63,436 bases of DNA from Bacilli bacterium. GTDB taxonomy: Bacteria > Bacillota_I > Bacilli_A > RFN20 > CAG-826. The stretch spans positions 1-63,436 of the forward strand of contig JAZRZI010000038.1 in assembly GCA_045601325.1 (NCBI GenBank). The letters are read 5' to 3'. Each line of letters opens with the position of its first letter. Within the stretch, counting starts at the first letter, position 1. Shown here piece by piece: positions 47,986 to 56,522 of this stretch. The notes below the pieces were generated by a model. That model was not told the DNA's origin and made no database searches. It was given only the letters and a program-made list of their open reading frames with translations. The position numbers were made by a program, and so were the translations under genes.

Positions 47986-48915
47986 CTAGCCTTTAACACC
48001 ATCGGACATATTAATGCCTTTAAGGATTTGTTTTTGGAATATTGCATACAAGATTAATATCACTAAAGTGGAAGCAAAGAAACCAGAGAAGATTGTTCCG
48101 TAATGGTTATTAGTTAACGCACCTATCTTCATATCCTCTAAACCGATTGATAAGGTGTAACAACCTTTATCATCAGTTAAGAAGGTTTTCGCAACTGTAT
48201 ATTCGTTCCAGTTATTCATAAATGATGTTAATCCAATAAAGAATAAGATTGGTTTAATGCTTGGCATAATAACTCTGAAGAACACTTTAAATTCGTTCGC
48301 ACCATCAAGTCTTGCAGCCTCTAATAAACCGTCATCAATCTTATTAATAAAGTTAGTTAATAAGAATACCTGTACAGGTAATCCTTGAACAGCGTAAATA
48401 ACGCCTAACACAATTAAATTGTTCTTAAACCAAGGGCTAATAGATGTAAGCTGAGTGTACAAAGGAACAATCATCAATATGGATGGGATAACCATTGCCA
48501 TCATAAAGAACACTCTTAAGAACCCTTTGCCAATGAATGAATATTTACAAAGAATAAACGCCATAGAAGATGATAGAACCACAAGTAATAATGAACCTAA
48601 TAAAGATGTGAACAAAGTGTTAGCAAATAAATTAACAATTGTTACTGTCTTACCATCTCTATCCACCATTTCAGTTTTGGTTAAAGCTTCGATATAGTTT
48701 TCAAAATGAAGATGTGAAAAGTCCATGAATTGCCAAGGATTTTTCATAAATTCACTAGAACTTCTTAAGGATGTAGATAAGTACCAAATAATTGGATACA
48801 CTACTGTAACACAACATAAAATAATCAATAATCTAATGACCCAACGAAGGGCTACTTGACCCCAATTGGTCTTCTTTTTATCAAGGAGCAAAGTTCTATC
48901 TATGTGTCTTTTCAT
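47986..48915 (-). CDS. carbohydrate ABC transporter permease
   Basis: EAA loop LLEAARLDGANEFKVFFRVIMPSI and six TM helices. Confidence 0.88.
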   Translation of the reverse strand: MKRHIDRTLLLDKKKTNWGQVALRWVIRLLIILCCVTVVYPIIWYLSTSLRSSSEFMKNPWQFMDFSHLHFENYIEALTKTEMVDRDGKTVTIVNLFANTLFTSLLGSLLLVVLSSSMAFILCKYSFIGKGFLRVFFMMAMVIPSILMIVPLYTQLTSISPWFKNNLIVLGVIYAVQGLPVQVFLLTNFINKIDDGLLEAARLDGANEFKVFFRVIMPSIKPILFFIGLTSFMNNWNEYTVAKTFLTDDKGCYTLSIGLEDMKIGALTNNHYGTIFSGFFASTLVILILYAIFQKQILKGINMSDGVKG

Positions 48916-48918
48916 AAA

Positions 48919-49842
48919 TTACTTATCTCCTTTCGTCATACGTTTATTGAGTGAATAGCACACCACAAAAGACACAATCATAAGTAAGACAGCGGCAGCG
49001 TTACTATAACCGAGCATTTCTTTTCCTTGCGCGTAGTAATACACATAAGTACCCATAACTAAGACTTTAGAAGATGTCGCACCATATAATGGAAGGACTA
49101 AGTTCATATTGCCTGCTAAGGAAGAGGATATAACAGAAACCACCAAGAATAAGATTTGGCTCTTAACTTGTGGAATTGTCACTCTAAATAATTGAGTAAA
49201 TTGATTCGCACCATCTAAATCAGCGGCTTCATATAGTGAAGGTGAAATGTTATTAATCGCTGATGTCATCAATATCATAAATGTACCAATACCACACCAA
49301 GAGGCGATAAAGGTAATAATTTGCACAGGATAATCGTTTAAGAATGTCTTATCTTCAATACCCGTAATCATCGCAAACAAACCCGTTCTAGCGGTGAAGA
49401 AGTTTTCCCAGAAATAAACGATAAAGACAGATGATAAAATCGAAGGAACATATAGTAAGAAACGATAGATATTAGATTCTCTTTTTTTGAGTCCTAATCT
49501 AGTCATAGAAATAGCGAAGAATAAAGTAAAGAATAAGATAATCACTATCTTTCCTAATGTAATTAAGCCATCATATCCTAATGCTTTCCAGAACTCAGGA
49601 TCTTTAAAAATAACTTTGTAGTTTGCATATCCTACAAACTCTTTAGCCGCCATATTGCCACTATCAGCGTCAAAGAAACCATAGAAAATAGATACAAACA
49701 CAGGAGCGATACAAATAAACAAATATAGTCCTACAGAGATTAATCCAAAGGTCAATATGAAAGACCACTTCCCACCGAAGAAGCGACTACGTTGCTTGCC
49801 TTCTAAAGCATAGATGCGCTTATTACTGCTTTCTTGCTTCAT
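48919..49842 (-). CDS. carbohydrate ABC transporter permease
   Basis: EAA loop LYEAADLDGANQFTQLFRVTIPQV. The ATG at 49840-49842 has AGGAG 8 nt upstream; the ORF track start at 49887 is less likely. Confidence 0.88.
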   Translation of the reverse strand: MKQESSNKRIYALEGKQRSRFFGGKWSFILTFGLISVGLYLFICIAPVFVSIFYGFFDADSGNMAAKEFVGYANYKVIFKDPEFWKALGYDGLITLGKIVIILFFTLFFAISMTRLGLKKRESNIYRFLLYVPSILSSVFIVYFWENFFTARTGLFAMITGIEDKTFLNDYPVQIITFIASWCGIGTFMILMTSAINNISPSLYEAADLDGANQFTQLFRVTIPQVKSQILFLVVSVISSSLAGNMNLVLPLYGATSSKVLVMGTYVYYYAQGKEMLGYSNAAAVLLMIVSFVVCYSLNKRMTKGDK

Positions 49843-51160
49843 CTTGGATTCTCCTAATTCCTTGTTCGACAGTGTTAGAGCCATCAACTAAACAGTTAAT
49901 AACATCATTAAAGATGTCACCCACTGTGCCCCAATCACAACTCTTATAGACAGTGAGCTCGGCGTTATTGATTGTCTCATAAGTTTGTCTTGTGACATCG
50001 GTCAATGTATATTCATCGTATTCTGGATCTTTAATAACAGGCAGATAGCTATAAGCTTCCGCTAATGCTTGTTGGACCTCTTCTTTATATAAATAAGATA
50101 GAAATAATTTAGCGTTATCTGGGTGTTTAGCGTATGTTGCAATAGCAGCATTAGTAGGCACTAGTAAGGCGGTGGATTTTTGAGTGGATTTACTAAGTGG
50201 AGATAGAGTGAAATGCATCTTAAAATCAGGATTATCATCAAGAGAATCTTTGATTTCACTTTCTAACCACATACCATTACCGATAGCAAGTGCATCATTA
50301 TTTAACCAGTTTCTTTGTGCTTGCGTGTGGTCGAATGTTTCACTACCTATTAAGACACTTCTCTTTTTACTATCTTCTTTATCAAAATGGACAAAGTCAT
50401 AGAATCTAGTTAAGACATCTTTTAATCTCGCATCATCATATATGCTAGGATCTTTTGCGGAACACACCGCATTAAAGAATTCTGTGTCGTTATAAGACGC
50501 AACAGCAGGCATAATAAATGACCACAATAAATAAGAAGCATACTTACCAGGATAAATAAGCATTGAATCTCCATTGGAGAATGATGTTCTTGTTAAATCC
50601 ATTAACTCATCGTAATTAGAAGGGAAACCATAGTTCTTAGATTCCATATACGCTCTATCGTAATAAAGACCATTACATTGAGCTAATATAGGCATTTCAT
50701 ATTTCTTTCCATTACCAAAATCAGGCACAAATCTATTCTCAATTGCTTGTTTAATTGGAATGTTTTCTCCATAAACTTTAGCTTCTTCAAACCAATCTGT
50801 GAGGTCTAGGAATTTACCATTTTTAACTAAGTTAGTGTCACCGATACCATTACCATTAATCCACACGAAATCAGGTGGATTATCAGTGTTCCAATCATTC
50901 TTCATATCAGTGTTGATGGTCTTACCGATGTGTGGATTGACTTCAATATCGGTTTCATCTTCAAAATCAAAACAAATATCTCTCCATGTTTGAGCAACCT
51001 TCTCGTTACCGTTATAGAAGATTTGTAATGATAATGAATTGGCTTTCTCATCTTCTTTGGAGTAACCACTCTTACCGATGATTTTTGCGTTGAAAGCAAT
51101 AATAGGAATAATAACCGCAGATAAGGAGGCCACAATGATAATAGTTTTCTTCTTTAACAT
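49823..51160 (-). CDS. ABC transporter solute-binding protein, N-terminal TM-anchored (no lipobox Cys)
   Basis: The ATG at 51158-51160 lies 1 nt after the TAA of the upstream gene, with GGAGG upstream. N-terminus is MLKKKTIIIVASLSAVIIPIIAF. Family-1 SBP size, next to the permease genes. Confidence 0.75.
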   Translation of the reverse strand: MLKKKTIIIVASLSAVIIPIIAFNAKIIGKSGYSKEDEKANSLSLQIFYNGNEKVAQTWRDICFDFEDETDIEVNPHIGKTINTDMKNDWNTDNPPDFVWINGNGIGDTNLVKNGKFLDLTDWFEEAKVYGENIPIKQAIENRFVPDFGNGKKYEMPILAQCNGLYYDRAYMESKNYGFPSNYDELMDLTRTSFSNGDSMLIYPGKYASYLLWSFIMPAVASYNDTEFFNAVCSAKDPSIYDDARLKDVLTRFYDFVHFDKEDSKKRSVLIGSETFDHTQAQRNWLNNDALAIGNGMWLESEIKDSLDDNPDFKMHFTLSPLSKSTQKSTALLVPTNAAIATYAKHPDNAKLFLSYLYKEEVQQALAEAYSYLPVIKDPEYDEYTLTDVTRQTYETINNAELTVYKSCDWGTVGDIFNDVINCLVDGSNTVEQGIRRIQDEARKQ

Positions 51161-51161
51161 A

Positions 51162-54100
51162 TTAAGCCGCCCTCCTATTTTTGATTTTCTTAATGATAAA
51201 CTTACCACCAATTAATAAGGCTAAGATACCAAGAATAGCGAATGTTGTGCCTATAAACTCACCCATATCAACACCTTTTTCTTTTGGATCAATTGGTTGT
51301 GGATCACTTCTACCACCAACAGGGTCTAATCTAAATAATTTAGTGTCGTTAGCCTCGTGTTGGTAAATGATTACATTGGTATTTAAAGATAAATAACGTT
51401 GTTCAAATTCATCCCAAACAGCGTAGTATCCATCTAATTGAATGAATTTAGCTTCACCAATTGCGGAATGCAAACCAACATAGTTGTTGTTGCTATAAAT
51501 AATGTCGTTAGTGTTTTGGCTATAAATATGAACACCCGCTTCCGCAAGAATATTTCTTAATAGTTTGGTTGGCAAACAAGGACCAGCACTATAAATAGAC
51601 TTATATGAGCCCATTTCTTTAATGCCTAAGCCAATCCTTCCTCCATCAGTCAAACGTCCTAGAGAAACGCAATTATCGCTTTCTTTAATGGATATTTGTG
51701 GTGACACTAGTGCGTTAGTAGTGCCGTATCTCTTACCACCTATGCCATCAAGCAATGAGTTGTTAGTGTTTTCAAATAATTGTATTTGTAAGGACGATCT
51801 TGCTCTATCAATATTTAAGTCAAATCCAGTTAATGCTTTCATGTTAGCGGCGGAATCCACTTTTGCGGTGCCGTTAGAGATACCGCAAGCATAAATCCAA
51901 ATCGCATATCCACCACATCTAGATAAATATTCTTGTGTGGCTCTTAATGTTTCTGCATTAATTTCAAAAGTAGAGATAAAAATATTAACTTTGTGTTCAG
52001 GCACTAATCCTGCCGCTAAAGATGACATCGTATATGTATCATAACTAGTGCCCATTCTATTTAAGTTTTCCCTTTGTTCCGCTAATAAAGATGAGGTGAG
52101 AATATAAGTGGAGTTATATTCATCATCAACAGATAAATATGAGTAGTAGTTATCACTCATAAAGATTGCGACATCTTTAGTGAAACTTCTATGTTCTAAT
52201 GTTAAAGAGAAGTCATAAATGCCCTTTGATTGTGACATAAATTCATAAATTTGTGGGTCATCCAACCAACCACCATACATATCGTAGTTCCAATAACCAG
52301 ATCCATCAGCGAAGTTGTGAACAAAGTCTCTCTTGAATTGACACATAGTTTCATAAGCGGTGTGATATCCACCAACTTGATAGTCCCAAGAAGCATCCCA
52401 AGTTGAACCTGAATAGCTAGTAGACATAAACGATCTATTGTCTTGCTCTAACAAATACAATTTTCCATATAGTTGAACAGTATCAAGCATGGACATGAAT
52501 GTCGTAGACATACCTAAAATTCTTTCATTGTAGTTAATTGGAGAGGCGATAAAGTCAATATATTCACTAGATAATACTTTTGCTAAAGCGACATGGCTAG
52601 TAGAAGCGCCATCATAGGAACCAAAGGCCCACATATATCCATAATAAGCACCGACAATCTTGGTGTTATTAGTTAAATCTTTACAAGTTTTAGCCCAAGT
52701 TAATAAACAATCTGCAGATTTACTTGCTAAATATGTATTGTAATCAAGGATTCTCATATCTGTAGTTGGATCCACGATTGTTCCATAACCAGTAACGCCT
52801 CTTTCGTTAAATGTAGGAATAGTTACAGATTTTAAAGAAACGCTGTTATTGTTCCAAGAAGCACGCAAATTAGCGTCGTTTTCATATTTTTCAGTCAACC
52901 ATTTTCTAAAGCCAGTTAATGCGACATCACTATAATCAGGCAAGGCTTTACCAGAAGCACCGTAGTTCATAAATTCATATGTTTGGCCAGCGGTAATTCT
53001 TAAACCAAAAACACGATCATAATATTTTTGTGTTTTCATGTGTTCGATTAATTGAGCCAATAATTCATTAGATGTTTTCAACCAAAGTTCAGAGGAGAAA
53101 CTAACACCTTCACCCTTAATCTTTCTACCATTTTTATCCATTGCGTAGCTGACTTCGCTAGGATGTTCGTTCATCCACCAAGAAGGAGCGAACATACCAA
53201 AGTTCACCATTACATAGCCATCAACACTAGCGTTTAATAAAGACTTAATTGCATCATCAAAAGCATCAAAATCTAACGTTCCGTCTTTTTGCATCAATTC
53301 ATCTTGTCCAGATTTGCCCAAACAACCTTGATATGTAATATAAAGTTCATATGTGGAATTAGAGATTCTATCTTCTGCGTCTGTTTGACGATAGACATCT
53401 AAGTCAGGTCTTAAATATAAGGATGGGGAATATGGTTTGCCATTTAATAATAGTGTTGGTCCACCATTATAGTTTTCAACTGTAGAAATTAATTCATTAT
53501 CTTCCTTGGAAGACTCTAAGACTTTGACACGTGCAAATCTATTATCGATAATGCGTTCACCATCTAAATAATCGTTAGCGATGTTACACACTGTGCTTTC
53601 TAGTCTTAAATCATACCTACCAGGATTTAATAGGGAAGAGATGCGCATAGATAAAGTAATCGTGAATTCTTCATTCACAGGCCACTCTTTCATGTCGCTA
53701 TTTTCGCCTTTTAAGTTACAAGTTACTTTTTGTTCGCTAGGTGTGTCGCCATCTGTGCCAGTAGGCACTAAACCAACAACAATACCAAACGGACTATCAA
53801 TCTTTGTATCGATAGAAATGGTTAAAGAATATTCTAATGTTTCACCAGCTTCAATCTTTCTTTGGCAACTAACGCTAGAAAGATTCAAGGAATAAGAACA
53901 ATATAAACTAGAGTCATAATAAACAGGTCCCCATGGGGATGTTGGAGGAATACCTAATTCCTTAACAAAATCCCAGCTTGAATCGTCAAAATCTGGTAAT
54001 GCCCAAACAGGCACTGTTATCTCACCAATATCAACATCACCAAGACTTGGACTTGGTAAATGGGATTTAATGTATTGAGAAGAAGCGCAAGAGAATTGCG

Positions 54101-56522
54101 AGCCATTTTCCAAAGTAAATATACCATCAAATAGCACCGCTGCTTCACTAACTAAGTTATAAGCTTTGATAGCGATAACGTTCTTTCCCGACAATAGATA
54201 GTCTTGCAAATAATAGGTATGCACATTTGCCCAGCTATCTGCGCCTTCGTCCCAGTTGAAGTCCACAAATACACCATTGACATAGATAACGAATTTATCA
54301 TCAACAGTTACTTGCAAAGGAGCGTAAGTAGCCTTTGCTTCCAAATCAAAAGTATAACGGAAATAACGATACACCTCGACATTCTTAGTGGCGTCTTCGT
54401 TATACCATACCCATTGGCCTTTCCATTCACCTTTTGATGTTGGCATTCTCGATTGATAAATATATAAATAATTGAGATTTAAAACACCCACGCCATTTAA
54501 ACCAATGGACACAACTGCGTAGCTGCTACTAGGCGCATCAAAATAGAAGTTAATAGGGTCGCTATCAGAGGTGAATGTTCTCTCTTGAGAGCATCCTTCT
54601 ATAAGAACACCATTAACATTAAAGAAATCAAATCTTATGTAACCACAACCGTTTGAGTTGTAATTAAATAAAACGTGATATTGGTAATCAGTTATAAAGT
54701 TATAGAGCTTTTTAGTAATTCTAGTGTCAGCACCACTATTAACGAATAATTCTGCACACCCTTCACCTTTAGTGAACGAAGCAACACCATCGCTATGTAA
54801 AGTAAATCCATCGATTAAACCATCGCTATCGATACGGTTGAAATCGGTGTGGAATTCTAACTTCTCTTCTTGAGATTCGCATTCAACTTCTAAAAGAGTG
54901 ATGTCATCAATCCAGATTTCAGAATGACCGTTTTTAATTTCAAAATAATATGAAACATACTTAGCAACGCTTGGCACTGCACTTCTAGTGTATAGTTGTC
55001 TCCATTCAGATTGGGTGTCCGCACAAGAGGCAACTAGTGTTTCACCATAGAAATACAATCTATCGCCAAATTCGTTAAATAATGGATCGCCAAACTCATC
55101 AAAGTAATATAAGTTTAAAGAAATCTTAACTTGAGGGTCGCAGTTTCTCGAAGAGAAATAAGCGCCGAATTCATAAATGCTGCCGGAATTAACTGGAATC
55201 TTCGCGCCGTTTTCAAGGAGAGTTTTTTCAATCGTACCAGTGGATTCTAAATATAAAGATCTATGCCCATCATGATAATGGGTTGTGTCACTAGTTAATA
55301 ACGATTTATAGCTTCTAGAGGATGATAAATACCAGTTGGTTGGTTTATTATCCGCATCCACTCTTTCGAAGTCAGAATTATCGTCATATTTATATCTAGC
55401 AGAAGATGAACTATCGGTTGCGAGTTCTTTAATAGATACATCGTCGATGTATACGGAAGCATTTCTACCTAAAAGAACAATTCTACTAGTGATATAAGAA
55501 GCTTCTGTAGACACAGTGAAAGAAAATGCCACTCTTCTCCATTCGCTTTCACCATAGATATGGTATTGCCATGCAGGGGAAATGAATTCATCGCTTCCAG
55601 ACTTTCCTTTGCTTCGATAATAATCGTTTGGTTTAGTAGCATCGAAGGTTGTAGAGTAAGCTGGTCCACCTTGGTTATTATATTGAATGAATTGCATATA
55701 TGAGTCTGCAGTCCAATCACCTTCAACCTTGCACATATATGATGCTTCATAAGTTCTACCACCTATAACTGGGATGCTTTGAGAACCAATATATGATGCT
55801 TGTCCGTAAGTAATATTTGTAAATTTAGCGGTGTTACTGCCTTTGGTTTTTTCTGGTTTTATCTCATTTTGAGTTTCAAAACTACCATCGCCAGAATATG
55901 TCCAGTTAGCAGGAATGCCATTATAAGAGGATTCAAAATCAAAGTTGCCTCCAATTCCTTCTGCGTCCATAACCGCTACAAGAGTAATGTCGTCTAAATA
56001 AACAGTTCCGCTTCCGGAATAAAATTTGAAGCCAAAATAAACCGCAGACTGTTCTGATTTATCACCATTAACAGTTAATAATGATGTAACTTTTTGCCAA
56101 CCATCAGTAACTGAAGTTTGTATCTTACTAGAAAAATCAATCCATCCAATATCTGTACCAGTAGAGAAGGTGGAGAATTGTATTCCATATGCAGATTGCA
56201 CATAGATGTAATATTCAAGTGCGTAAACATAGCCTTTTGGTAATGAAATTGCATTCCTTTGCACATAATTACCGCTATGACCATCTAACTTTAAAGCTGT
56301 GCCGCTATGAGACACAGCACTTTGAAGTTCATAATGGTTAACATTATTAAGATCCCATTGGGTATTTTGCTCAAAATCGCCTTCAGCAAAATAATTTGTG
56401 CCAAATACTTCACCTTCAGCTTTCGCAACGCTCACATTTTGTTCGCACACTAAAGCGCGTCCTCCGGCTAAGCCGAGAATGCACGCTAAAGTAGTAACTG
56501 CAAAACGTGTAATTTTACTCAT
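51162..56522 (-). CDS. giant (~1786 aa) membrane-anchored multi-domain carbohydrate-active surface protein
   Basis: Signal peptide. Four CBM4/9-like modules each end in (Y/W)(L/I)DD(I/V)(T/S)(L/I): YLDDITLV, YIDDVSI, WIDDITLL, and a more diverged fourth. A galactose-binding-like module follows (KGQWVWYNED...VIYVNGVFV). Then a large TIM-like catalytic region. C-terminal TM is FIGTTFAILGILALLIGGKFIIKKIKNRRAA. The ATG at 56520-56522 is preferred over GTG 56537. Confidence 0.7.
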   Translation of the reverse strand: MSKITRFAVTTLACILGLAGGRALVCEQNVSVAKAEGEVFGTNYFAEGDFEQNTQWDLNNVNHYELQSAVSHSGTALKLDGHSGNYVQRNAISLPKGYVYALEYYIYVQSAYGIQFSTFSTGTDIGWIDFSSKIQTSVTDGWQKVTSLLTVNGDKSEQSAVYFGFKFYSGSGTVYLDDITLVAVMDAEGIGGNFDFESSYNGIPANWTYSGDGSFETQNEIKPEKTKGSNTAKFTNITYGQASYIGSQSIPVIGGRTYEASYMCKVEGDWTADSYMQFIQYNNQGGPAYSTTFDATKPNDYYRSKGKSGSDEFISPAWQYHIYGESEWRRVAFSFTVSTEASYITSRIVLLGRNASVYIDDVSIKELATDSSSSARYKYDDNSDFERVDADNKPTNWYLSSSRSYKSLLTSDTTHYHDGHRSLYLESTGTIEKTLLENGAKIPVNSGSIYEFGAYFSSRNCDPQVKISLNLYYFDEFGDPLFNEFGDRLYFYGETLVASCADTQSEWRQLYTRSAVPSVAKYVSYYFEIKNGHSEIWIDDITLLEVECESQEEKLEFHTDFNRIDSDGLIDGFTLHSDGVASFTKGEGCAELFVNSGADTRITKKLYNFITDYQYHVLFNYNSNGCGYIRFDFFNVNGVLIEGCSQERTFTSDSDPINFYFDAPSSSYAVVSIGLNGVGVLNLNYLYIYQSRMPTSKGEWKGQWVWYNEDATKNVEVYRYFRYTFDLEAKATYAPLQVTVDDKFVIYVNGVFVDFNWDEGADSWANVHTYYLQDYLLSGKNVIAIKAYNLVSEAAVLFDGIFTLENGSQFSCASSQYIKSHLPSPSLGDVDIGEITVPVWALPDFDDSSWDFVKELGIPPTSPWGPVYYDSSLYCSYSLNLSSVSCQRKIEAGETLEYSLTISIDTKIDSPFGIVVGLVPTGTDGDTPSEQKVTCNLKGENSDMKEWPVNEEFTITLSMRISSLLNPGRYDLRLESTVCNIANDYLDGERIIDNRFARVKVLESSKEDNELISTVENYNGGPTLLLNGKPYSPSLYLRPDLDVYRQTDAEDRISNSTYELYITYQGCLGKSGQDELMQKDGTLDFDAFDDAIKSLLNASVDGYVMVNFGMFAPSWWMNEHPSEVSYAMDKNGRKIKGEGVSFSSELWLKTSNELLAQLIEHMKTQKYYDRVFGLRITAGQTYEFMNYGASGKALPDYSDVALTGFRKWLTEKYENDANLRASWNNNSVSLKSVTIPTFNERGVTGYGTIVDPTTDMRILDYNTYLASKSADCLLTWAKTCKDLTNNTKIVGAYYGYMWAFGSYDGASTSHVALAKVLSSEYIDFIASPINYNERILGMSTTFMSMLDTVQLYGKLYLLEQDNRSFMSTSYSGSTWDASWDYQVGGYHTAYETMCQFKRDFVHNFADGSGYWNYDMYGGWLDDPQIYEFMSQSKGIYDFSLTLEHRSFTKDVAIFMSDNYYSYLSVDDEYNSTYILTSSLLAEQRENLNRMGTSYDTYTMSSLAAGLVPEHKVNIFISTFEINAETLRATQEYLSRCGGYAIWIYACGISNGTAKVDSAANMKALTGFDLNIDRARSSLQIQLFENTNNSLLDGIGGKRYGTTNALVSPQISIKESDNCVSLGRLTDGGRIGLGIKEMGSYKSIYSAGPCLPTKLLRNILAEAGVHIYSQNTNDIIYSNNNYVGLHSAIGEAKFIQLDGYYAVWDEFEQRYLSLNTNVIIYQHEANDTKLFRLDPVGGRSDPQPIDPKEKGVDMGEFIGTTFAILGILALLIGGKFIIKKIKNRRAA

